Below, in pieces: positions 28,400 to 41,413 of a DNA stretch of 64,000 nt. The stretch is from Octopus vulgaris (Eukaryota), in contig OX597814.1 of the NCBI GenBank assembly GCA_951406725.2, positions 148,862,001-148,926,000 of the forward strand, given 5' to 3'. Under the pieces are notes generated by a model that saw only the letters and a list, made by a program, of their open reading frames with translations, made no database searches and had not been told where the DNA came from. The first letter of the stretch is position 1. Each line of letters opens with the position of its first letter. A program made the position numbers and the translations under genes.

Positions 28400-29640
28400 T
28401 GGGGGCGTATCTATGGCTAAACATCAAAATGCTTCGAGCATTTTGCTTTACTATTGCAACTGAACAGGTTTACTTTTCTGAAAATCAGTAGAGCTTCCTT
28501 CCGATCACAATAATCTGACATTTCTTCCAAGCTTTAAGAATATTGCTTTATGATCCATTATTTTGATATCTTCGTGTCTCTAGCAACAATTATCCATCAA
28601 ACGATTTTGACAGCATTGCCAAATGAACCACAATTTCTTCATGCACAGTAAAATTTATGGGTAGAGCGCCATCAACTAACTGTTCCAGTGAAGAGAAATC
28701 TGAGAGAAGGTGCTGTTTCATTCTTTGATACACGAGAGGTATCTTTTCATGAAAGGCATTCCAAGTTTTATGAGCCTTCAATATGTTTCGCATTTTTAAA
28801 GAAAAAGAATACTCAGTTCACTCATAAATGTGTAAATGCTTCCCGTGTAAGGCAGCATTTTGAGTGAATACCTGTCATTCCAATACGTCGAATAGGTAAA
28901 ATTTAGACTCCTTCAGAAAAATATACTCAGGACCAAAACAGAATTAATATATTTCTTATTGTCAGCCAACAGATATGAAAAAGCCAAACCGTTCTCCGTT
29001 CTTAGGTCTTCATACAGTGATTTCAAAATGCTATGGTCCAACCCTCACCCCTCTACTCCAGATGGTTATCTACACGCATGAATCATTTATTATTCTTGAA
29101 ATTTGGAGACAATATTTTTTGATGATAAACCATGCTAATGAGAAAACAGCGGGTAATTTTCAAGTCTTGGATCTCATTTGTCATGATTGCAAATAACCAA
29201 AATTTGTCTTTAAGCATTAAAGATGCCCCTTCAGTACACAAAAGATAAATGAGATTTATATCTAACTTAAGCTTGGTGACGAAGTCTTTCATCTGCTGCT
29301 TCATATAGTATGTGATTTTGCTTGTTTTCAGATCGTCACAAGCAGCAAATATTTTTTCACTTTTATTATATCTCAGTATTATGATATGATGGTTACAACT
29401 GGAGGCTTCGATGGCTTCTCCAATTGAATATAGATTTTGGGGGGACAAATTTGATATTTCATTGAATTGGTGGAAAAAATCTTCACTTAAATCACTGATA
29501 CAGTTGTACATGGTATTTATTATTTGATAAAGATTTTCATTGAACGTTATTTATTTTTTTATCCGGGATAAGTATTTCTATTTCTCATGTGTGTAGATTG
29601 ATGAAACATTCTGCATTATTATGGAACTGCTTAGATTTGA
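28400..29640 (-). mobile_element. Highly decayed hAT (Charlie/SPIN-like) transposase relic
   Basis: ORF 29083-29511 contains CTEGASLM (cf. CTDGAPxM) and MVYHQKIL (cf. CxxHQExL) at the expected spacing. Boundaries are uncertain. Confidence 0.55.
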
Positions 29641-31857
29641 CCAACTTGAATTCCAGTTAGAAGGAAGTAACAAAACAGATATTTCTAAAGAGTACAAAAC
29701 AAAACCTGCATGATAAAAAGAGATTAAAAACAATTTTTTTTTTTTTTTCATCTCCTATTTGTTATATTTTATATATTGAAGAATTAATCTACGAAATGGA
29801 AACTTTGACACATTCTATGTCCAGACAATTGAAAACATACAACTCAAGTGATATATTTTTTTTCAGGACAACAAACGGAAAATTTGACGTACCTGTATAT
29901 ATATATATATATATAATTCCAAAGCATGTATAGTAAATAAACATACGAATGCATACTAAATACTCAGAGGAACAGACAATATAGGTCACCAACTCCTCTT
30001 TAGTTATAGGCCAGACGGTCAAGGCGAAATTTTGGCCTTTATTGACAGTATTGCTTCCACTCTGGAGGCACCAGCAAGAAACTTACCGAGAATGAGATCA
30101 AAACATAAGAAGACAAGACGAGACTATTAGTAAACCAATGAAGGACAAAACCATAAACTGAATCAAGGTCACACAAAAACAACAATTACAATGAAAATGA
30201 TAAATACACAGCAAAAAAGCGTTAGTGTAATGATGGTAAGGGATCAAGCTCTTTCCGATGCGAATATGGTGTCTGTCAGTCAGATACGCGCACTATTCTA
30301 ACCCTTCTTTTTGCCCGTACTTTGCCTTATACATGTTTAGATTCTCCTGGTCTAGTGTTCACTCATAAAGAATAAAAGCGCTATCAAACATTTTCACAGT
30401 TTCTCAGGTTGCCATTCATAATGAGTGCAGCTCCGACGTGTACTCCCTCGTTAGCCTAGGAATCGACAGTTTCCCCTCATCCTACGATTTTAGCATTTAC
30501 CTCGTGTGCTTACTCACGCATACTTACTTACTTTCACTATGTCCTTCAAGTTAATTTTGGGAATTACACAACATTTTCGTTGAGGTGTATCTTCCTCACG
30601 TAGCGAAATATACGCAAGGAAACTTAAGCTGCTATTCATACACCCATGCATTTTCCAATTATTCTAAAGTTATGTTTTCTATAATTCAGGCAGCGTGTCG
30701 AGGTTTTAAGTCTCTATTCATTTCTTATTTTACTCCTTTTTCATTTTCTATTTCAACCACTCATGTGTAATCGCATTTATAATTCGCTAAAATCCTCAAA
30801 AATAGCAAAAATTATAGACTAATTTTGATTGCATTTGAATGAATATAAAATTTCCCTGACAAGGCTTTCTACTGCTTTGTTACAATTTAGTTGATTGTTT
30901 GAGAAAGTGCATGCAAATTAATTTCAGAATAATACCTCCAGTATTTTATTAGCGCCGTTTTGAATCACTAGTTTCAAATACATCTTATTTATAGGGCGTG
31001 AAGAAATAGAGTTAGATGTTTTAATCTGCAATATTTTTTTTTTGCTGTGCATGAAATATCTGACGCTGTTTGAGCTCAAACTATTATCCTCAGCTGGAGA
31101 GCAAGTCAAAAATATACTGAAGTTGGTAAAAATTTCAACAGCACCTAGAGCAATAATTACTAAGATTATCTGTGAAAATATAATGTCAAACTGACATGTC
31201 ATTCAGATCGTAGTCTAAAGATCCAAAAGCAGTAGCACGAAGGCGCACTGATGAAACGTGAATGGAAGAAGTTTGTGGCATGAATTAACCTTAATGTATT
31301 AAAAAGACGAAAACGTAATTTTGCAGAATTTATCGTACTTTATATCTAGATCTTATACAATAGGTATATTGCTCGCAAATCCCGTGACGAGGCAAAAATT
31401 AGGTTATTTTTTTTAATGCGTATATTGCTATTTTGAAACATTAAATATACGAAACATAAATAGAACTCTCGAAGACTTTTACATATATATATATTTTTTG
31501 TTTCTGTACACATTATTAATCAATGAAATCCTGAAGGGCACTGAGTAATTGAATAACAGACTTCACGTCAAATGGCAACATAAAATTCATTTTTATATCT
31601 AAAGACATAGAATGTAAATAAAATGCGAGAAATCGAAAGAGAGATAGGTACAATACATAAAAATAAAAAAAAAATTTGTTTCTTCTGAGGAAATATTTGA
31701 GTGGAACAATATGTCATGACATAGAGATATCTACTGAAGAAAAGAAGTGTCTGAAATTTTGAAAAATTCAAAACAGTCTCTATATGGTAGCAGACACTTT
31801 GAGAGGTCAAATAACTGTTCAATTTTCACCCACATAGTATTGTGTTTACACCCCTCC

Positions 31858-31957
<100 letters not shown>

Positions 31958-32577
31958 GGAAAAAAGTCAAAATAATTTTATAAAATACATTACCGGTTTT
32001 AGTCATTGAGACTTTTTCAACTGTAAGTGTGGAAAACAATTAAATTTTGGAAAAATTAAAAGAATAGTTTTTTAAAAGAATATTTGCATAGTGTTCAAAT
32101 ACAAGTGGCATTTTTCTTGTTTCTGCCTCTCTCTCTCTCACTCTTGTTTACTCTTGTGGTTAGAGGTCGTTGTGAATTCTTTGGTAGGGAAGAAGAAGAA
32201 GAAGAAGAAGAAGAAGAAGAAGAAGAAGAAGAAGAAGAAGAAGAAGAAGAAGAAGAAGAAAGTTAGGAAGGAGGAGGAAGGAAAGCAAGAAGGGGAAGGA
32301 AACAGAAGGGAGAAGGAGAAGGAATGTAGGTAATATGAAAATAGTAAGGAGTTAAATACTATATATTAACTGTTTTAGTAAGGTAACTGAGCATATCCAG
32401 GTCGTCCCTTATATAGCTTTTGACATGCTTGAGGAATGGTTTTAAGAGGGTATCTAAAAAGTTACTGTGGTGGTGGGTTTCGTATGCAGGATCTGCTATT
32501 ATAGGTCTCAATTTGAGGTCATTAGGAGTAGGGACTTATAATAATAATTATTATTATTATAATATTATTATTATTAA

Positions 32578-32615
<38 letters not shown>

Positions 32616-32616
<1 letters not shown>

Positions 32617-32880
32617 TTTTTTTTTTCCTCTTTCAAATTTGCTTCCATTTCTTGCCGAGTGTCTTCCCGACTCCTAGGGCAAAGAAACTCAAAGTATACA
32701 TTGGTAGGCCATTAAACCAAACTCAGTAGTTCGTTCATTTTTTATTTATTTATTTTTTTTTTTTTTTATTTTAAGTTAAATTAAAATACATGAGCAGCAA
32801 CAGTTCTCACATCGACAATGCTCTTCTCAATACGTGTGATGTGCCAGTTAAGACAATCTTTTGCACTTCTTGCAGGGATG

Positions 32881-32882
<2 letters not shown>
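32616..32882 (-). mobile_element. R4/Dong-type non-LTR retrotransposon 3' end, severely 5'-truncated, inside (TAA)n
   Basis: Minus strand 32881-32807 reads PSLQEVQKIVLTGTSHVLRRALSM*, matching the QKxxLxGTxxILR C-terminal motif of restriction-like-endonuclease elements. A 3' UTR and A-run follow, and (TAA)n lies on both sides. Confidence 0.7.
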
Positions 32883-32962
<80 letters not shown>

Positions 32963-32982
32963 CATTATTATTATTATTATTG

Positions 32983-33148
32983 TGTAAGAGAGCAGTTCAT
33001 GCCTTCAAAGTGACATGGGGTTAAAACATACGAAGCCTAATATGCCCATCATGACTACGCATCTTATAAGAGTATATCAGACCCATGCATCACAAATATA
33101 TGTGCGTGATATGGTGATTTCCTACCAAGATAATCAGCGCATGACCTT
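32983..33148 (-). mobile_element. Probable retroelement 3' UTR fragment ending in (TAA)n
   Basis: Unique sequence whose minus-strand 3' end abuts the (TAA)n tract. No coding motif seen. Confidence 0.3.
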
Positions 33149-33149
33149 G

Positions 33150-33325
33150 CAGGTAGCGCCAAATGTCTTTACGTTCGGAGATCAAACTCCGCAGGGGTCG
33201 ACTTTGCATTTTATCCTCTCGGGGGTCGATGAAATAATTACCAGTTGAACACTGGATTCAATGAAATCGACTCGCTTTATCCCCAAATGTTCAGGTCTTG
33301 TGTCTATAGTAGAAACGATTATTAT
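33150..33325 (+). mobile_element. SINE (second family), degenerate
   Basis: gatcaaactccgc..ggtcgactttgc.ttt.atcct.tcggggtcgat.aaataa.tacc core. Confidence 0.6.
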
Positions 33326-33382
33326 CTATATTATTATTTCTCTTTTTTCTTTTCCTTCCTCTTCTTATCTTCTTTTTATCAT

Positions 33383-33420
<38 letters not shown>

Positions 33421-33465
33421 ATACTACTACTACTAATACTACTACTATTACTACTGCTGCTGCTG

Positions 33466-33524
<59 letters not shown>

Positions 33525-35025
33525 TCTGCTACTACTACTACTACTACTCTCTTTATATAGGCTGTGAGAATTGTAGTACACCATTAACAGTTCCTATGTT
33601 TTCTATTTTGAGGCTTCTTCACATGTGAATTATTATATATATAATATGCTGATTACATTTCTGTTTTTCGAAGTAACTGTGTATCATTACAGCTATACCA
33701 ATGGAAATTGGCACGAAAGTCATATTTGCTTCTTACATGCTATAGTGCATTTAATGCTGTATCTAAGCCAGTAACATTTTATGTCATTTACGCTTATTTA
33801 TGTACCAAATTATATACATTCACAATGTCCATATCCATAATTAACATTCGATTATCATGTTTATCACAAACAATGCCTAGCTTGCTGCATGCTAAATGAA
33901 GGTCCATGTGGCTATTAGATTTTTATCGAATATTTCTATTGTTACATTCTTAGATAGTAAGGAATGTTTACGGAATTGCTTTGCTAATAGTAAATTGATC
34001 TGTCGTTACGGCTGCAAGTATATTTAGTAGTAACTAATTAATGCTTGGCATCCTATTATGACACCGTTTAATATTGTATAAAGTACACAGTTGGTATTTG
34101 TAGTATACATTAGACAGAACATGCATATGAAGAATCGCTCGATCTGATAGAAACAGTAACCAAATTCATCTCAAATCATGCGCCTGCAACTTATATATAA
34201 ACACTAATAAGATAATTAATCCAACATACCTTAATATGATGAGAAGTGGTAGATTACGTTTGATTATATAAGCCTACTCAGTCAGATCTGATCTGGGGTT
34301 AAATAGCAAGAATAATAAGATTGTAAGAAATTGTGATAAGACAAGTTTTAACTGTTTCCTTCGAATATAAATGCTCTTTCTCTAACTTCTTTATCTCTTC
34401 AATATTGTTCATAATGCTTAGTTTTATGTTTGATATAGATTATTTATGGGTATAAAATTTCTTTGGGGAGAAAAAAGTCAAATCCATGTTACGATCGCTT
34501 CCGTAAACGAAATTTGTTTATTCCGTACCATATAGAAATTTATGCTAAACATGCAAAATATGTGGCGTTTCATATCAGAGTTTCTCAGAAAGTAAATGGA
34601 CTGTAACGTCATTACATATGTTACCAATATTACATGTATCCCATGGATTTATGTGTAGTATGGAATAAACAACTTTCGCTTAGCGTAACGCTAATGAGGT
34701 CGATTTCACTTCTCTTTCCCACAATCAAGTAAATCATGTTTCGCTTTGTGAGGCTCATAACATATCTATTGATAGTACTTTGGAATCGCCAATTATTCCA
34801 TTTTATCATATGGTGAAGTATAACTGATATTCCTTTGGTATTTTTGATGCTACGCAAGACATATTCCTGCTCCCTCAGGGTGCATCATTAAATTTTACTT
34901 TTAATTCATTTAATCATACAGCTTAAATAGTTATTTAAAATGACCGACATTTTTAGATTAAGAGAACAATTTCAAGACGTACTAATCTCCATATTCTTTG
35001 TAATTGTTTCAGATTTACACACACG

Positions 35026-35067
<42 letters not shown>

Positions 35068-35086
35068 AATATATATATATTATTTA

Positions 35087-35236
35087 AATTAGAAAAAAAC
35101 ACCTTTTATCAATTCAATAATGAAAAATTAAATTATACCATTTAGAAAAATTACATCTTATATTATAAGATATTATTTTTCTAAATGGCATAATTTCATT
35201 TTTCATTATTGAGTTGATAAAAGGTGGATTTTAAAA

Positions 35237-35240
<4 letters not shown>
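35087..35240. repeat. Imperfect ~150-bp palindrome (fold-back) between (TA)n tracts
   Basis: caccttttatcaattcaataatgaaaaa...ccatttagaaaaa pairs with ttttctaaatgg...tttttcattattgagttgataaaaggtg. Confidence 0.85.
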
Positions 35241-35277
<37 letters not shown>

Positions 35278-37291
35278 TATATTTTGTGAAATTTGTTTTA
35301 GTATATCTAAATTGAACTTTTCCCTGTAAGTTTGGAATAATATTCCCTCATATTATTATTACATTATATATATATATATAATGTGTATCTCCACTCCAAA
35401 ACGGCCGTACCGTAGGAACCGATGTTACTCCCATTGTAACCCCAGCAGCACGCTTCGACTAGCTGTTTATTCGTTGTAATGTTGTAATCTGCAGTCGAGA
35501 CATATTTCAAGCAGGGGAGTGAACCCCTACTCTCTTCCAACCACGAGATTACCAGACAGTTCAGTTTCGAGCTCTTTGTTCTCATCCTCGCTGATGGATA
35601 CTCGTCCGCTAGTTATGGCAGTAGTTCACTCCAGCACGCAATATATAGAAAGTAAGTGGCCCTCAGTCACTGATCTTGCAGCATTTAGCTACTTAGAAAA
35701 GCTTAGAAAAAATAAGAGATGAAAGCAGTAGTTATATTGAGAAGTAATATGTATCACCATTTCAACACAGCTGTTCTTTAGATTATTTAATACTTGAAAT
35801 TATTGAAAACTTAGCACTGATGAAATATGGCATTCATAGTTGTTTATCTATATCTACATTGCCGAAATCGGAAGAAAATCGAGGACTCTGAAAGATGCTT
35901 TGCATATTATTTTATTAATAGCTCTGTTGAAAAGAAATGTGTGTCTAAATGTGGCTTGTCAGTAAGAAATCAAATAGTTTACTATTCAGAATCTTTTCTT
36001 ATTTTTAATCATGATCGACTAATAACACTTCATATTCTAAATCATTACAAATATATGTATCGCTAATGAATTATTATCATCTGGCTATCATAACTACAAT
36101 TCAATTAGAATTGAAGGACATAATTCAGATCTGCAAATTATTTTTAATGATAATTTTCCATGAGCAATATACGTGTAGAGAGATTTTAATGCATACACAT
36201 GCTTTGTCTTAATTTCGAACGAACATGTGTCTTTTGGCAAACATAGCATTATAAAATGTTAACTAAAATATAAATTTGCTCTTTTCTGTGTGTAATAATT
36301 TTGTTGCCTCATTACAAATATTTTATTCTAACAAGAAAACTATAAAAACAACTAGTTAGTAACATCCTAGGTCAGGCCTCTGCTTGATTTTCCAATGATT
36401 ATTTCATAGCTTTCCCATTTTTTCAAGGAATGAGAATGTTGATGGGATAATAATTTGATATGTTCCAGTGTTAACATGGATTTGGTACACTAGTAACACA
36501 TAAGCTGTGAAATAATCACAAGTAATGGTCATTTTCAGATTATTTTGAAGCATTTGAGATATGAAAGACATAATAATCTTCAACATGATCGCCACACGAT
36601 ATTTTAGATAACATGATTTCATATACAAAGCATTGTATATGAAGTAATATCAAGCTTTCCGTAAACAAAGAGCTGGTTTCTAAAAACGACACAATGTTCC
36701 GTAGTAGGAGTGTCGATAATAAAATCTATATCATATTTTAAACTTGAGAAGCATCATGTATACTTGTATTTTTCCGCTTTCAAATTGTATTTGTAATGAG
36801 CATGTAGCTGGTTGATGTTTCATTCAGAAGATCCAAGATTTACCTGTCACTTATGCTCCTTCCAAACCTTTATGCATGATCCCTTATGCGTTTATTCACG
36901 AAACTAAATACACCAATAATTATTGATAAAATTGTAAACTTACTATCTGTGTATGACAGATGCTGGTTTGTTAGCAGTTTTCCAGTTTTGCGATTTTCGA
37001 AGATATATGTTAACATCCAACTGTGCTTATTTGTTTCTTGTCTCTCCTAACACACGATATCTAGCTTGTTATGATTGCCTACGCATACATGAGTGCTTGT
37101 ATGTATGTATGTATGTATGTATGTATGTATGTATGTATGTATGTATGTATATGGGTAGGTAGGTAGGTATATATGTAGAAATGCTTGTATGTATCATGTA
37201 TGTATCATGCAGTTACGTAGGTAGGTATGAATATAAATATGTTTAAATATGTATATAGGTATATTTATATGTCTGTTTGTGTATGTGTGTC

Positions 37292-37322
<31 letters not shown>

Positions 37323-38199
37323 ACGTGAGTGCATGTGTGTATGTGATTACAAGTCATTCAAGAGGCTGGAGTTACATTACTTTATTCTGTGCTTAACTGG
37401 GTAGAATAGAAAAATGCATATAAAGACGAAAATATAAAGAGATCTTCATTTTCATTCGAAGAAAATACTGGGTATAAAAGCGATGAAAGAATCGGCTGTT
37501 GGGAGATGGGCAAATACTTGCGAGAGGGCCAAAATTCATTCTCCATTTCAGTTATTTCAATTACAAACGAAGTACATTCTATATTATGATGCGAGGAAAA
37601 CAAAGTGGTAAATGTGGTCGAGTAGTCGTTTCCTCATCTCAGCAACGTAGATGCTGTTTGAACTCGAAAGATCGACAGTTATGAGTTTCACCACGAGGAA
37701 TGTGAAGTTGCAAGCTGGAAAGCAGAATATAGTACAATGTAAGCAGTATGAAGCGATTGTTGTTGCTCCTTGGCCTAACTCAATGTAAAGAGAAAACAAC
37801 CATAAGCGATATCAAGTCTAAAGTGGAGAGCAAAAACCAGTGGATTTGGTAAAAAAAAAAGAGATGTGTATAGTGGTTAGATGGATATTGATTGAAGCCT
37901 AGTAAGTATATGATCTTGCAAGTAGAGGCTCATCATAGTGAGGAGTGCCGGAGCACCATAATAACATCCAGTGGAAAGCTACGAAAGGGCACGCTTTCTT
38001 CTCTCAGGACACTATTAATGAGCAATTTCGTCTGCATGTTCTCTGCAAATAATCTAAGCAAGATTTCAGACAAGTAATTACAGTTACCGACTGAAAAATT
38101 AAATCCAAGATTTTTCACTCATTTATATATCATGGAGCTTATACGTGTACGTGTGTATATCAGTGTATATCCCTATGTTTGTAGATATGCGTGTGTGCA

Positions 38200-38460
38200 A
38201 CTTGAGAGTGGATTACGCAGACCAAAACTGAGAGAAAACCGCCGTATCTATGTGTATTATGTGCGTGTATGTGTGTGTATGTGTGCATATTCTAACAGGT
38301 GTGTGCATGTATATGGATGTATGGATGTGCGCCTGTGTATATGTGTTTCTCTCGCACCACTGCCTGGCAACTGGTGTTGCTTTGTTTACGTCCCTGAAAA
38401 ACAAAATAAACCATTCAAAGCATCGCCCGAGCATGGCTGCATTCCCATTACCAAACTGTG
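38200..38460 (+). mobile_element. Degenerate SINE (59317 family)
   Basis: Diverged matches to the body and to the gcatggc tail. Confidence 0.45.
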
Positions 38461-38717
38461 TGTTAGTGTGAATGTGCATGCGCGCATATATAATTATATA
38501 TATATTTATATGCATATATATATATATATTATATAAAAGGGCTTAGTAAAATAAATTACTTTGCCACATACTGAACTCATTAGAAATAGTAGCTAAAAAA
38601 ACTTTTTTAAAACTATTTCTAATACTTAAAGAAAATCTCTCTCATATAGTGTTTGCTCAATTCAACTCACGAAAGTATGGGGGTAAAGACATTAAAAAAT
38701 CAAATGCAAAGGTTATT

Positions 38718-38769
38718 TGAGAACGTACGTTTCAAGATTAGTCAACTCGACATTTCTATCATCAGCTCA
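38718..38769 (-). ncRNA. Minimal type I hammerhead ribozyme-like motif, copy 1
   Basis: Minus strand reads tgag-CTGATGA-tagaaatgtcgagttgactaatctt-GAAAC-gtac-GTT-ctca. Stem I is tgag/ctca, both core boxes are present, and the stem III loop GTAC is palindromic. Stem II is imperfect. Confidence 0.6.
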
Positions 38770-39276
38770 GAACTCCTTGGTTTGGATTTGAAAACACTGA
38801 AAGTGGGAGCATACCCTTTCGGCTTCTTATCGCTTCTGAAGATCTGCTCGAAACTAACAGTGCCAGCAAACCCAAAATATGCAAGCGAAGAATTTCTGCT
38901 CTCCCCTTTCCACCAGCGTGGGTTAAAATCAGTAAACACTATGCTTTTTCGGTAAAATCCGAAGCATTAAATAGAGAGAGATGAATTATAATTTCAACAA
39001 TTGAGGGTAAAATTAATTAATTATTAATCAATTTCACCAAGTATTCAGTATGTAAAGGGACCATTTAAGGCGAATTCAAATTATTACATTATATAAAAGG
39101 GCTTAGTAAAATAAATTACTTTGCCACATACTGAACTCATTAGAAATAGTAGCTAAAAAAACTTTTTAAAACTATTTCTAATACTTAAAGAAAATCTCTC
39201 TCATATAGTGTTTCCTCAATTCAACTCACGAAAGTATGGGGGTAAAGACATTAAAAAATCAAATGCAAAGGTTATT

Positions 39277-39328
39277 TGAGAACGTACGTTTCAAGATTAG
39301 TCAACTCGACATTTCTATCATCAGCTCA
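39277..39328 (-). ncRNA. Minimal type I hammerhead ribozyme-like motif, copy 2
   Basis: Identical to copy 1, 559 bp away. Confidence 0.6.
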
Positions 39329-39792
39329 GAACTCCTTGGTTTGGATTTGAAAACACTGAAAGTGGGAGCATACCCTTTCGGCTTCTTATCGCTTCTGAAG
39401 ATCTGCTCGAAACTAACAGTGCCAGCAAACCCAAAATATGCAAGCGAAGAATTTCTGCTCTCCCCTTTCCACCAGCGTGAGTTGACTAATCTTGAAACGT
39501 ACGTTCTCAAACAACCTTTGCATTTGATTTTTTAATGTCTTTACCCCCATACTTTCGTGAGTTGAATTGAGCAAACACTATATGAGAGAGATTTTCTTTA
39601 AGTATTAGAAATAGTTTTAAAAAAGTTTTTTTAGCTACTATTTCTAATGAGTTCAGTATGTGGCAAAGTAATTTATTTTACTAAGCCCTTTTATATAATG
39701 TAATAATTTGAATTCGCCTTAAATGGTCCCTTTACATACTGAATACTTGGTGAAATTGATTAATAATTAATTAATTTTACCCTCAATTGTTG

Positions 39793-39836
<44 letters not shown>

Positions 39837-40490
39837 TTTAAGTGTGTGTGTGTATATATGTACGCTGTATAAACATTCATTTCATACGTATGTGAATGTA
39901 TTTGTGCTTAATTGTGTGTGTGTGTTTGTTTGTGTTTGTGTGTGTAAGATACAGAGAGGGAGCGAGGGAGGGGAATTATATTTATCTCTCCTTGTGGACA
40001 TGCGTGTGCGCATATGAATGTGTAGTTGTGATCGGCAGAGGCGGTACATATCTATTATTGAATTCGACCGTATTTACTTGAATTTACAATATGAATTGTA
40101 GATAAACGTAACGAGAAACCATAAGCAAAGAAAATACGCAAAGATAAGGACCTGAACAATGGATGCATAACAATGATTGATGCAGGTATAGTAAAAAGTG
40201 AAGATTATTTGAAATAAGAATAACAAATAGAATGTGAAATAATTCGGAAATCCAAGGCTGAGAAGCCCAGCACAACTGCTAAAGCATAAGCAGTGAGATA
40301 GAATGCTGCGAAAATATTCATATTTGTTTAATCTTTTCATGGTTAAATTCTTGTCTAAACCAGATAATTCAGATATATGTGTGTACGTATTTTTGCATGT
40401 ATATATATATATATATACACATTAGCGTCGTATTTTTACGTTCGCTATTTCCAGTAAATATCGGTACTTAGTTGTGCCATTTATTTACTA

Positions 40491-40553
<63 letters not shown>

Positions 40554-40747
40554 TATATACGTATATATACATATTTATATACATATATATATATGTATAT
40601 ATATATACATATATATACATATATATATACATATTTATATATATAATATATATTCCTATATACATACACATGGATATACATATCTATATACATGCATATA
40701 TATATCATATATATTCTTGTATATACATATACATGGATATATATATC

Positions 40748-40819
<72 letters not shown>

Positions 40820-41335
40820 AATGTGCCTATGTGCACATGGATACCTTTGAAAATATACCACCAACACTCACTCGGGTCTTTTTATAAACTATGTCAATGT
40901 ATAATCGTACAATATATTCACTCCGTCAAAAGGGTAAGCCTTCTATCAGTGAATATATGACAACCGAAACCAAATTTTTTTATGATGTTTTCAACCGAAA
41001 ATAAATAAACACGACGAGAACAGAAATAAGCATATTGCAGTGTTGATGTCAGTTTGTTGCACAGTGATTCCATTGAAGAATATATGCATACAATTAGATA
41101 CAATTTCAGTTGCCGAACCGTAATAACTGAAACAAGTACATTGTGCCAAAGATAAGGGCGAACAATGAAGGCAACATATAATTTATATGGTTCTTTAGGA
41201 AAGGGAGGGAGTAGACATGCATAAGTACACTCCCACACAGGTAATCATTGACTGGCGTGCTTGCGATTGTTTTATAAATGTTTTCCTTTGGAAATGCCAT
41301 TATATTCCTCTACATCTATCTATCTATCTATATTG

Positions 41336-41413
<78 letters not shown>

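Larger units (their letters stand above)
38528..39800 (-). mobile_element. Non-coding Penelope-like/retrozyme-like element with tandem and inverted repeats
   Basis: Direct repeat 38528-38920 / 39088-39479 (period ~560 bp) plus an inverted arm 39479-39800 that is the reverse complement of 38987-39307. It carries hammerhead-like motifs and is flanked by (TA)n. Confidence 0.8.

Noticed and set aside
37380-38120. Possible piggyBac transposase relic (ENKVVNVV, IKSK-like fragments)
   Set aside because: Too decayed, with no TTAA-bounded TIRs found. It needs a translated search.
38835-38867. Plus-strand CTGAAGA...GAAAC motif as an extra hammerhead
   Set aside because: There is no pairing stem II and no valid NUH plus stem I.
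38653-39535. Duplicated ~100-aa ORFs (38653-38955 and 39236-39535)
   Set aside because: They are a by-product of the direct repeat. There are no recognisable motifs, and the C-termini differ because of the inversion breakpoint.
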